From positions 1 to 64,000 of the forward strand of contig CAWIEK010000019.1 in the NCBI GenBank assembly GCA_963835065.1: a stretch of DNA of 64,000 bases. Direction: 5' to 3'. The notes under the pieces are model-generated. The model was not told the DNA's origin. It did not search any database and was given only the letters and a program-made list of their open reading frames with translations. This DNA comes from an uncultured Chthonomonadaceae bacterium (GTDB lineage Bacteria > Armatimonadota > Chthonomonadetes > Chthonomonadales > Chthonomonadaceae). The first letter of the stretch is position 1. The number at the start of each line of letters is the position of its first letter. Positions 40,302 through 49,798 of this stretch are shown piece by piece. A program made the position numbers and the translations under genes.

Positions 40302-42016
40302 ATGTATCGCCCGTTGCGCGTCCTGCGCTGTGCCTCCTTCCTGCACACCGTAAATCGCGCTGCTGCTTTCCGATTGTGCTTACTGTTGGTTCTGACGGTG
40401 TTTACAGCCGCCGCCAATGCGCAGCGAAACCGACAGGGAAACGCGCCGCCCGGTTCCGCTCCCGGCGCGAACCCGGCGGCGTCCATAACCCTGACGCCTG
40501 CGCCGAATTCTGCGCCCATCAGAGAAGCCGCGCCGCCGGTTGACACGCGGCATGAAATCACAGTTCACGGGATCGCCGCTCCCTTACATCGTCACGACGG
40601 GCATGATGCCGCTGAAGGGCGCGACGGGCGAAACCGAAGCCAACGTGTTCTTTGTCGCCTATCATCGCACGGACGGCAAGAGCAATGACGCCGATCCTCA
40701 CCGCCCGCTTGTATTCGCGTTCAATGGCGGGCCGGGATCGGCGTCCGTTTGGCTGCACCTGGGCGCAATCGGACCGAAACGGGTGCAGATGCTGCCGGAT
40801 GGCGGCCTGCCGCCCCCGCCCTATCATCTTGTGGACAACGAGCAGACGTGGCTGGATCAGGCGGATCTGGTCTTTCTCGACCCGGTCGGAACCGGCTACA
40901 GCCGCCCGACAAAACCGGAATACGGCGCGAAGTTCTGGGGCTTGCAGGGGGATATTGCGGCTGCGGGCGATTTTATCCGCCTGTACCTGACCCGCTACAA
41001 GCGCTGGTCTTCGCCCCTGTTTCTGGCCGGGGAAAGCTACGGCACGACGCGGGCGGCGGGACTGTCCAACTACCTTGTGGAACATGGTATCGCCCTCAAC
41101 GGCATCGCCCTGCTCAGTTCCGTGCTGAATTTCCAGACGCTGGAGTTCCGTCCGGGCAACGATCTGCCCTACATGCTGTTCCTGCCGACCTATACCGCCA
41201 CCGCCTGGTATCACCACAAACTGCCCGACGCGCTGCAAAAAGACCTGAATTCCACGCTGAAAGAAGCGGAAAATTGGGCGCAAACCGATTACGCGAACGC
41301 GCTGGCGCAGGGAGACCGCCTGACCGGGGCGCAGCGGCAGGCCGTGATTGACAAAATGGCGCGATACACGGGATTGTCGAAAACCTATCTGGACAACAGC
41401 GACCTGCGCGTGGACATCGAGAGTTTTTGCAAGGAATTGCTGCGGGACCGCAAACGCTCCGTAGGCCGCCTGGACAGCCGCTTTGTCGGGCTTGACTCGT
41501 CCAACGTTTCGCAGACGCCCGACTTCGATCCGAGCCAGTCCGCCATACGCCCTCCGTATACCGCGATGATGAATATGTATGCGCGGGAAGAACTGAACTT
41601 TGAGTTCGGACGAGGAGTATTACGTGCTGGGAGGAGGCATCAAAACGCCGTGGGATTGGGGCACACGGGGGCAGGGGTTTGCGAACGTCAGCGAATCTCT
41701 GCGCAGCGCGTTTGCCAAAAACCCGTACATGAAACTGTTCGTGGCGGAAGGGTATTACGACCTGGCAACGCCGTACTTTGCCGCGCAGTACACTGTCGCG
41801 CATCTGGGACTCGACCCTACCCTGCGCGCCAACATCACCACAGGCCAGTATGCGGCAGGCCACATGATGTACATTGATACGGCTTCCCTGGCGAAACTGA
41901 AATCGGACGTGTCGCAATTCCTGCAAAGCGCGATTCAACCGTCCGGGGCAGCCCGCAATCCGCCGTCGTTGGCAGTGTCAGTAACCGCAAATCGCCGTAA
42001 AGCCGAATTGAGTTAG
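40302..42016 (+). CDS. S10 serine carboxypeptidase (two frameshifts)
   Basis: FNGGPGSAS, DPVGTGYS, GESYGTTR; GYYDLATP and AGHMMY in a later frame. Confidence 0.92.
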
Positions 42017-42224
42017 CCGCAAATACACGCAAATAGACGCGAATACACACGAACCGCAAAGGGGCAAAGGGAACAAAGAGAAACCGCAAAGACTAGGGAA
42101 CCGCGAAAAACGCGAACCAAAACGAAAAAGGATATAAAGGAAAACAGAAGACAGATTTTGCCTCCGGTTCTTTCAGGTTCTTTTCGTTTGTTTCGCGTTT
42201 TTCGCGGTTTAACCGTATACGCGT

Positions 42225-42664
42225 TTATTCTTTCGTGAAGTTCAGGCTTTCGGAGTTGATGCAGTAGCGTAATCCCGTTGGCTTGGGGCCGTCGTTGAAG
42301 ACGTGGCCGAGATGCCCGCCGCACCGGCTGCACAGCACTTCGATGCGCCTCATGCCGTGACTGTTATCTTCGCGCGCCGTCACTTTGCCGCTGTCCATCG
42401 CTCGTAAAAGCTGGGCCAGCCACAGCCTGAATCGAACTTGGCGCTGGCCGTAAACAACTCCTGCCCGCACCCGGCGCACACATACGTGCCGTCTTCTTTG
42501 GCGTTCCAGTACCGGCCTGTAAACGCCCGCTCCGTGCCCGCCTGCCGCAAAACGTGGTACTGTTCCGGCGTCAGTTGCTCCCGCCACTCCGCATCCGTTT
42601 TCACTACCTTATCCGTTGCGTTCGCCGCGCTGCCCGTTGTCGCTGTGGTTGTTTCCTCGGTCAT
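42225..42664 (-). CDS. msrB: Peptide-methionine (R)-S-oxide reductase (frameshift near 42400)
   Basis: [31 protein letters not shown]. Confidence 0.93.
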
Positions 42665-42922
42665 GTTGTTGCTTTCCTATCCTTCTGTCCTTATCTGGCA
42701 GTCTTTAGGAGTTTGCAAATCTATAACTTCCCGCCACATGGGGCGCAGCAAGCAACGCCCCTACCTATATTCGGGAACTTGTAGAAGTCTGTGCGCCCTG
42801 AAATCATCGTTACGAGGCGCTTCCTGCTTATTGATACCGCGCTGAGGCCGGCACAGTTCCGCTCAAGGTTGTGTGGCGGATTGACAGAACAAGGAAAACG
42901 GGGTACGCTCCACTCCAATACA

Positions 42923-44609
42923 ATGATGAATACCTTAAAACCTCTTGCCGCTGATGCGGCCAACCAAAAACTGCGCGGCGGCTATTACACGCCCCCTGCC
43001 ATTGCCCGCTTTCTGGCGCGGTGGGCGATACGGCAGGCCGGAGAAGAGGCGCTGGAACCCACCTGTGGAGATGGCGGGCTGTTGCTGGCGGCAGCGCAGC
43101 GCCTGATGGAGTTGGGGGCGACTCCTCATGCGGTCAGCCGACAACTTCATGCCGTCGAGTTGTACCGCTCCGAAGCGGCGCAATCGCAGGCTCGCCTTGC
43201 CGAATGTGGTATTCCCTCTGAGGATGTAATTGAGGTTGGTGACTTCTTTTCTTTCGATGATCAGGAGTGGGGCATCATCGGGCGCAAGGTAGACGTTGTT
43301 ATCGGCAATCCGCCGTTCCTACGCTATCACAGTTTCCCCGAAGAGCAGCGTCAGCGCGCGTTCCGCATTATGCAGACAGCCGGCCTGAATCCTTCCCGTC
43401 TGACAAACTCGTGGGTTCCGTTTTTAGTCGCTGCCAGTCTGCGCCTGCGGGAAACCGGGCGGCTTGCCATGATCGTCCCGGCGGAATTGCTGCAAGTCAA
43501 GTATGCGGAAGAGACGCGGGCTTTTTTAGCGCGGCATTTCGGCGCAATCACCGTCGTTACCTTTCGCCGCCTCGTGTTCGCAGACATTCAGCAGGAAGTG
43601 GTTTTACTGCTCGCCGAAAAAACAACCGGAGATTGCGCGCGGCATTGACATCGTGGAACTGGAAGACGCGGCGGAACTTGAAAGTTTTGGGGCAGAATTA
43701 CGGGACAAGCAGCATCTTAAAACCATAGATCAGGCAAGTGAAAAATGGACGCAGTATTACCTTGATCCTAAAGAAATCGCTCTACTGCGCAAATTGAAGC
43801 AGGATGTACGTCTGACGCGATTGGGACAACTGGGTTGCGTGGATGTCGGCGTCGTCACCGGCAATAACAGTTTTTTTGTGTTAAGCGAGGAGCAGGTACA
43901 GCAGCAGCAGTTGATGGAGTGGACACTGCCGCTCGTGGGACGAACCGCGCAACTGCCCGGCTTGGCGCTCGGCAAAACGGAATGGCTTGCCAATCGGGAC
44001 GGAGGAGCGGGCTGTCACCTACTCAATCTGCCCGCCATGCCCTTCGAGGCATTGTCGCCGCAGGCGCAGGCGTATGTTCGCAGCGGGGAGAAGGCGGAGG
44101 CTCACATCGGCTTCAAATGCCGCAACCGCAAACTCTGGTACGTGGCTCCGTCTTTGTGGTCGCCCGACGCCTTTTTGTTTCGCCAGATACACGCTTATCC
44201 AAAAATTGTTGTCAACGGCGCAGGGGCCACGTCTACGGATACCGTTCACCGGGTTCGCTTGAACCAGCCTCAGCACGGCGCTTTGATCGCTTCTACGTTT
44301 TTGAACGCGCTCACCTTCGCGTTTGCGGAAGTAACCGGGCGCAGTTACGGCGGGGGAGTTCTGGAACTGGAGCCGAACGAGGCCGAACTGCTGCCCGTTC
44401 CCTTTTTCGCCGACGCGGTTCTGGACTTTGAAACGCTTGACCGGCTGGAGCGAGCCGGCGACATAGAAGCCATTCTGAACATTACAGACGATACGCTGCT
44501 GCGCGGTAAATTGGGATTGCCGGAAGCGGATATACGCGCCCTGCGCGCAATCTGGCGCAAGCTGTCCGGGCGGCGCATCGGACGCAAAACAAAGGCGGCG
44601 CGGAAGTAG
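42923..44609 (+). CDS. N6-adenine DNA methyltransferase (frameshift near 43635)
   Basis: GGYYTP, LEPTCGDG, GNPPF, GRSYGGGVLELEPNE. Confidence 0.9.
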
Positions 44610-44627
44610 ACCCGCAGAAGTAAACTC

Positions 44628-45359
44628 ATGCCTAAACTTAATCCTATGCCGCCCATTGTAGTTTCGCAGGCCGAACTCGCGCAGATAGGTCAAATCTGGA
44701 CAAGCAGCGGGGGCAGACTGGACGCCGTTTCCGCAAACAGACTGACGCAATTGTTCGTTGAGGCTGTTGGCAACGCGATGGCAATTATGTTGGGCAATAT
44801 ACCTGTCGTGAGGCCCAACGCAAACGCCCTAGCCAGCGCGCAGCCCGACTGCGTAGAAGTGGGACCGGTGCGGATCATCGGCGGCGTTCGTCCACAAAAC
44901 TTTGACGTCGGGTATCGTCCTGACGGCATACGGTTCGCGCTCGATCACAAGACGCTCAACGACAAGCAAAGCGTGGGCAAGAACTGGCAGAACATGATCA
45001 ACGACCTTGCGACGGAAGCGACAACCGTTCACAGCCGCTTTCCTCATGCCATCGTCGCGTTTGTCGTGGCGATCCCTGCTCCCTGCTTTACCGATACGAC
45101 TGCTTCCACAGCGGCAAAGGCGGCGGCAAGAAGATCGGCTCTTATTGAGACGCTGGAACGACTTGCCCGCCGCACTAATGTAGAAGCGCCGGACTACATG
45201 GCGGAAGAAATTGCGCTCGTATTATGGAATCCTGCTGACGGCAGCATAGACCCGAATTTTCCCGATCCATCCTCACCTCTCCGCATTGAAAGGTTCTCCG
45301 AGCAGGTAGAGGCCGTGTACCGAAACCGCTACAAGGGCTTGCCTCCCCACGCCGAGTAG
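44628..45359 (+). CDS. Putative type II restriction endonuclease
   Basis: NFDV..ALDHKT PD-(D/E)xK-like core, KNWQNMINDL..EA; directly after the methyltransferase. Confidence 0.7.
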   Translation: MPKLNPMPPIVVSQAELAQIGQIWTSSGGRLDAVSANRLTQLFVEAVGNAMAIMLGNIPVVRPNANALASAQPDCVEVGPVRIIGGVRPQNFDVGYRPDGIRFALDHKTLNDKQSVGKNWQNMINDLATEATTVHSRFPHAIVAFVVAIPAPCFTDTTASTAAKAAARRSALIETLERLARRTNVEAPDYMAEEIALVLWNPADGSIDPNFPDPSSPLRIERFSEQVEAVYRNRYKGLPPHAE

Positions 45360-45401
45360 TAAAACGCCGAACACCGAACACCTGAATACCGAATACCGTG
45401 T

Positions 45402-45839
45402 TCAGCGTGTGGATTCTTCCTCGCCGCGCAGCAGCCAGTAGTAATGGTGGTATTTGCGGACGCGCTCCACGTCTTTTTCGGTCAGGCTGCGGATGCGGCG
45501 GGTGTCCATGTTGTCCTGCAAATCCGCCAGTTTGACGTTGCGGGAGATGGGGTTGGATTGGGCACGGGCAATGAAGGCTTCATACGACTCGCCTGCCCGC
45601 CCGGTAACGCCATCCAATGCGGCAAGAACTGTTTCGGAAAAGCCTTCCGCGCGCAGCATTTCCAGCGTCCACGGTGTATCTTCCACCACGTCATGCAGCA
45701 CGGCGACGATTTTTTCCTCGTCCGTGCCCATCTGCTGCATCATGCGCAGGGGATGCAGAATATAGGGCGCTCCCGCCTTATCGAATTGTTCCTGATGCGC
45801 GGTTGCGGCTATGGCAATGGCGCGGGCAAGGGTGGACAT
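45402..45839 (-). CDS. RelA/SpoT-type HD domain hydrolase (small alarmone hydrolase-like)
   Basis: AHQEQ..GAPYILHP, LHDVVEDT, VKLADLQDN. Confidence 0.88.
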   Translation of the reverse strand: MSTLARAIAIAATAHQEQFDKAGAPYILHPLRMMQQMGTDEEKIVAVLHDVVEDTPWTLEMLRAEGFSETVLAALDGVTGRAGESYEAFIARAQSNPISRNVKLADLQDNMDTRRIRSLTEKDVERVRKYHHYYWLLRGEEESTR

Positions 45840-45966
45840 GGCAAACTCCAGGGGTCAGGGGTCAGGATTCAGGGGTCAGGCAATCTACTGTCTCCCTTGC
45901 CTTCTACTGGTATCAGCATCAGGAGAAAGTAAGGTACGCTCCAGCCTGACCCCTGAATCCTGACCC

Positions 45967-47307
45967 CTATATTAGCGAACGGATAATCAACCCACTGTAC
46001 AACTTGGGATAAAAGAAGGTGGACTTTTGCGGCATTTTGTCGCCTTCGGAAGCCACGTCGCGCACCTCGGTCACGGTGGGGTTTTGCAGCAGGCAGGCCA
46101 GTTGGAACTCGCCCGACTGCACCTTTTGCACGGCTTCTTCCTCGTCGCGGGTGTAGGCTACGTCGGGCGTGTGCGCGAGTTCCTGCCAACTGATGCCCAA
46201 ACAGCGGTCCAAAACCAGCGTTTGCAGAATGGTCACGTCGAGATGCTTCCACGCCGCGCAATGCGAATTGTCCATCGCCGCTTCCGCCTGCGCCGGGTCG
46301 CGCAGAATAAGGCCGTATGCTTTGCCGGGCAGCACAATGCCGAACCGCTTCTCCCCTTCTATTTGCTGCTTGATCCACGTCCGCAGATCGGGAATGGACA
46401 TAAAATGGATGTGGAAATACCGCTCCAATTGCAGCGGCAAATCCTCCATACGCGCCGGGGCGATGTTCTTGACCAGCCGATGCGTCGGCAGCACCACCAT
46501 GCCGGCGTCTTCAAACGCGCTCAAACCAATGAGGATGAAGTCAGAAGGGGCAGTTGATAGTTGATAGTTGATAGTTGATAGGGAATCCTCTGCTGTTCCC
46601 TTTTCCCTCTGATAGTTGAGCGCCGTCTCATACCGATGGTGGCCGTCGGCGATCCAGACGCGCTGCGGGGCGAAAAAGGCTTCCAGTTCGGACAGAAGAG
46701 TGGGGTCAGTGTGGCGGTAAATAAGGTGCTGTTCCACATCGCGGCCGGTTTTGCCGGGCAGGTTGGCTTGCAGCAGGGGCGGCGTGTCGGCGCGGGATTG
46801 GCGCAGTTTTTGTACGACGGTTTGGCCGGGATCGGCGTACAGGCCGTAAATAGGTTCGGGGTTGGCCTGGGTAGCGCGCATCAGTTCCAGACGGTCGGCT
46901 TTGGCTTTGGGGTGCGTTTCTTCATGGGGCAGGACGACGCCATTGGCATACGGCTCCAGTTTCAGCGCGACAAACAGCGTGGTTCGCTCCACAATTTGCG
47001 TGGGGTCAAGCGGATGCTCGAACCGCTGAATGTACTCGTACAATCCGGGCGCGTCGTCCTGCGCCAACACGCCCCGTTCCAGCGCGTCGCGCAGAAAGGC
47101 GTTGGCGCGGGTGTAGCGGTTGTTGTCCGGCGTGTCAGCGGGCGTTTCCTTGTTGAGCATCAAGCGAACGATATTGTCGGGGTGGCGGGCGTAGAGTTCG
47201 TCCTGTTGCGCGGGTGAAAGCACGTCATACGGCGGCGCGATAACCAGATCGAGCGGCACACGAGCGGGAGCGTAATGAATTGCGGCAAAAGGAGCGATTT
47301 GCGCCAT
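45967..47307 (-). CDS. DUF1015 family protein
   Basis: APPYDV, LPHEET, IADGHHRYETA, MPQKSTFFYPK. Confidence 0.93.
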   Translation of the reverse strand: MAQIAPFAAIHYAPARVPLDLVIAPPYDVLSPAQQDELYARHPDNIVRLMLNKETPADTPDNNRYTRANAFLRDALERGVLAQDDAPGLYEYIQRFEHPLDPTQIVERTTLFVALKLEPYANGVVLPHEETHPKAKADRLELMRATQANPEPIYGLYADPGQTVVQKLRQSRADTPPLLQANLPGKTGRDVEQHLIYRHTDPTLLSELEAFFAPQRVWIADGHHRYETALNYQREKGTAEDSLSTINYQLSTAPSDFILIGLSAFEDAGMVVLPTHRLVKNIAPARMEDLPLQLERYFHIHFMSIPDLRTWIKQQIEGEKRFGIVLPGKAYGLILRDPAQAEAAMDNSHCAAWKHLDVTILQTLVLDRCLGISWQELAHTPDVAYTRDEEEAVQKVQSGEFQLACLLQNPTVTEVRDVASEGDKMPQKSTFFYPKLYSGLIIRSLI

Positions 47308-47776
47308 AGTTTGGGTCTTCTTTCCGTATCGGAGGGTGATTGTTGATAAATTAATGCAGGTCGAATTTGTTGAAAATGCCGCGCAGGAAGCGGGCAAGTG
47401 TCTTCATTATACCGCGAACTGGCGTTCACGCTAAAAATAAGACACCTGGAAGCAAAGAAAAATGCGCTCCGTCGAGCAAAACGGGAACATTATTTTCACC
47501 GCTTACGTCATGCTCCTACCCGATTCCAGTAATAAACGAGATAATTCCCGTTTGCGGCGCAGATAAGCAGGAAAATGCCCGATGATTGAGGAATATACCC
47601 CCTGACAACATATCGCCCTTGACGCAATTGTAAATTAACCCTGTTCCATCGCGCAATAAAGCGGCGCAATCAGGTATTCTTTGCAGAATATCCTGCTTTC
47701 TTCCGAAATTCCTTGTGAAACAAAGCAAGCCCATTTGAAACGCGCATTGAACAGAACCCTGTGGAGGAACGAACCT

Positions 47777-48655
47777 TTGAAAACCAACATGCAACGTAAC
47801 CTGATGTGTGCCTTTACCGGCATCCTTAGCCTGGCCGTCGTCGGAACCCTGACCACGCCCGCCAACGCGCAGGCCAAAATGAAGAAGCAGAAGAGCGCTC
47901 CGATGAAAAAAGACAGCATGATGAAGAGCGACAACATGCAGGGCAACATGATGGACAAGAACACCAGCGCCGAAGAGCGCCGGATGCAGACGCTGGGCGA
48001 AAAGTTCGGCGACTACAAGTTTGTGGATCCCGCGCCCCTGAACTATCCGATGGCCGCGCCCGCAACTCTGGACGTCTACCATTTCGAGACTTACAGGGGT
48101 GACCATATCATGCCCGGCTCCGCTCATGATGCCCGCATGGACAAGATGATGATGACGGACAAGAACATGATGAAGGGCGATAAGATGATGGGGCATGGCA
48201 TGACGCGCCAGGCGTATCGTGACGATCCCTTCACCGCCGACCCCGCGCCCGTCAACTATCCGCTTGCCGCGCCCGCAACCCTGGATGTCTATACCTTCAC
48301 CGACTACTCGATGAACAAAATCACGCCCGCCAACACCCTCGACACCCGGATGGACAAGCAGATGATGAAGGACACCATGGTTCCCACGAGCCGCGTGTTC
48401 AATCGCCAGTCCTACTACGATGACCCGTTCACCGCCGATCCCGCGCCGGTCAATTACCCGCTCGCCGCGCCGGCCAGTCTGGACCTGTATCACTTCCGCA
48501 CCTACCAGATGAATGAACTCCGCTCAGGCTCTGTGACGGATACGCGCATGGATAAGCAGATGATGCGCGACAACATGACGCCCGGCAGCGGCAAAATGGA
48601 CAGCACCATGAAGTCGGGCGGCACCACAAAGAAGGCCGGCAAGACGAAAAAGTAG
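47777..48655 (+). CDS. Secreted Met-rich protein with three internal repeats
   Basis: RBS GGAGG, signal peptide ending ANA, 3x DPAP(L/V)NYP(M/L)AAPA(T/S)LD(V/L)Y. Confidence 0.85.
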   Translation: MKTNMQRNLMCAFTGILSLAVVGTLTTPANAQAKMKKQKSAPMKKDSMMKSDNMQGNMMDKNTSAEERRMQTLGEKFGDYKFVDPAPLNYPMAAPATLDVYHFETYRGDHIMPGSAHDARMDKMMMTDKNMMKGDKMMGHGMTRQAYRDDPFTADPAPVNYPLAAPATLDVYTFTDYSMNKITPANTLDTRMDKQMMKDTMVPTSRVFNRQSYYDDPFTADPAPVNYPLAAPASLDLYHFRTYQMNELRSGSVTDTRMDKQMMRDNMTPGSGKMDSTMKSGGTTKKAGKTKK

Positions 48656-48783
48656 GTACTACCGGAAAGTTTGCCGTTTTGCTGAAATTTTGCTTGCAGA
48701 AACCGGCTTGCCTGTGGTAACATAATAACAATCATTCTGGTTGACGAACGCGAGGGACTGCAAACGCAGTTCGGCGCTTTTGT

Positions 48784-48848
48784 AGGCCAGCATCCTTACG
48801 GGACTGCCGTTTCGGCAAGACTCGGCAGCGATGCTGGCCTTTTGTTTG
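48784..48848 (+). terminator. Leader terminator/attenuator upstream of DUF2294
   Basis: AGGCCAGCATC..GATGCTGGCCT 11-bp stem followed by TTTGTTTG, about 35 nt before the ATG. Confidence 0.7.
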
Positions 48849-48877
48849 CTTTGGATGCCCGTTTTGGATGACACCCG

Positions 48878-49252
48878 ATGAGCCGACCGACAAAGGGAAC
48901 GCTGGAAGCCGAAGTCGCCAATGCCGTCACGCGATTCCATCGGGAACAGCAGGGACGCGGGCCGACAGATGTACGCGCGCACCTTCTTGGCGATTTAATT
49001 CTGGTGCGCTGCGCCGGGATTTTCACGCCGACAGAAGCGCGGCTCGCGGTCACGGACGAGGGCCGCAGGCTCATCAAAAGCGCGCGGCAGGAGTTGCGCA
49101 GTATCAACCATCTGGAAATCGAAGGCGTGGTTGCCACCCTAGCCAATTGCCCGGTATTGCGCAGTTATTGCGACATCAACACCGACGCCGGGGAACAGAT
49201 GGAAGTGTACGTGCTGGAAGCCGACGTAGAAAAACGCTTGCTGCGCCAGTAA
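48878..49252 (+). CDS. DUF2294 / MpsC-family protein
   Basis: TKGTLEAEVANA..GRGP..ILVR..FTPTE..GRRLIKSAR..DINTDAGE. Confidence 0.9.
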   Translation: MSRPTKGTLEAEVANAVTRFHREQQGRGPTDVRAHLLGDLILVRCAGIFTPTEARLAVTDEGRRLIKSARQELRSINHLEIEGVVATLANCPVLRSYCDINTDAGEQMEVYVLEADVEKRLLRQ

Positions 49253-49398
49253 CAAGGCGCGTTCGTAGGGGCATGATTTATCGCGCCCGCGCCTGCTGCG
49301 TTCATCGCGCCCGCGCCTGCTGCGTCCGTATAACAATTTCATACAAACCATGCGGTTGCCATGCAGAAGGGTAAATTTCACGCTTACCCGTCCAAGCG

Positions 49399-49473
49399 GA
49401 GGCCGAAGTTCGCAGACTTAGGAACGTTTTCGCGTTCCGAATGTCTGCGCGACTTCGGCCTCTTTTGCGTTTT
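49399..49473 (+). terminator. Leader terminator/attenuator upstream of the kdp operon
   Basis: GAGGCCGAAGT..ACTTCGGCCTC stem, inner CGCAGAC/GTCTGCG and GGAACG/CGTTCC, then TTTTGCGTTTT. Confidence 0.75.
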
Positions 49474-49523
49474 ACGCCTACTCTTGCCCAATCATGTGAG
49501 GCGAAAAGGAGCCATGAAGTACC

Positions 49524-49607
49524 ATGCAGGACATTCTTTACACAGTCGTGGTTGTCGTTTTCTTTGCGGCCAGCGCCGCTTATGTGCGCGGCTGCGACAA
49601 ACTTTGA
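49524..49607 (+). CDS. Small hydrophobic kdp-associated peptide (27 aa)
   Basis: MQDILYTVVVVVFFAASAAYVRGCDKL, single TM, directly before kdpF. Confidence 0.75.
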   Translation: MQDILYTVVVVVFFAASAAYVRGCDKL

Positions 49608-49619
49608 GGAGAAACGATC

Positions 49620-49706
49620 ATGTTTGATTATCTTTGGACGGGCGGGGTCGCCCTTCTCCTCCTCGTCTATCTGCTTTACGCGCTGCTGAAGCCGGAGCGC
49701 TTTTAG
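49620..49706 (+). CDS. kdpF: K+-transporting ATPase subunit F
   Basis: MFDYLWTGGVALLLLVYLLYALLKPERF; RBS GAGGAG. Confidence 0.93.
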   Translation: MFDYLWTGGVALLLLVYLLYALLKPERF

Positions 49707-49798
49707 GGAGTTGATAGTTGATGGTTGATAGTTGATAGTCCGAAACTTCTGTATCTCTATCAACTATCAACTATCAACTATCAACTAAGGGGACTCTT

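Noticed and set aside
49280..49325. 24-nt tandem repeat as a CRISPR remnant
   Set aside because: Two adjacent copies with no spacer, part of a GTAGGGGC REP-like palindrome; no cas genes or arrays anywhere in the window.
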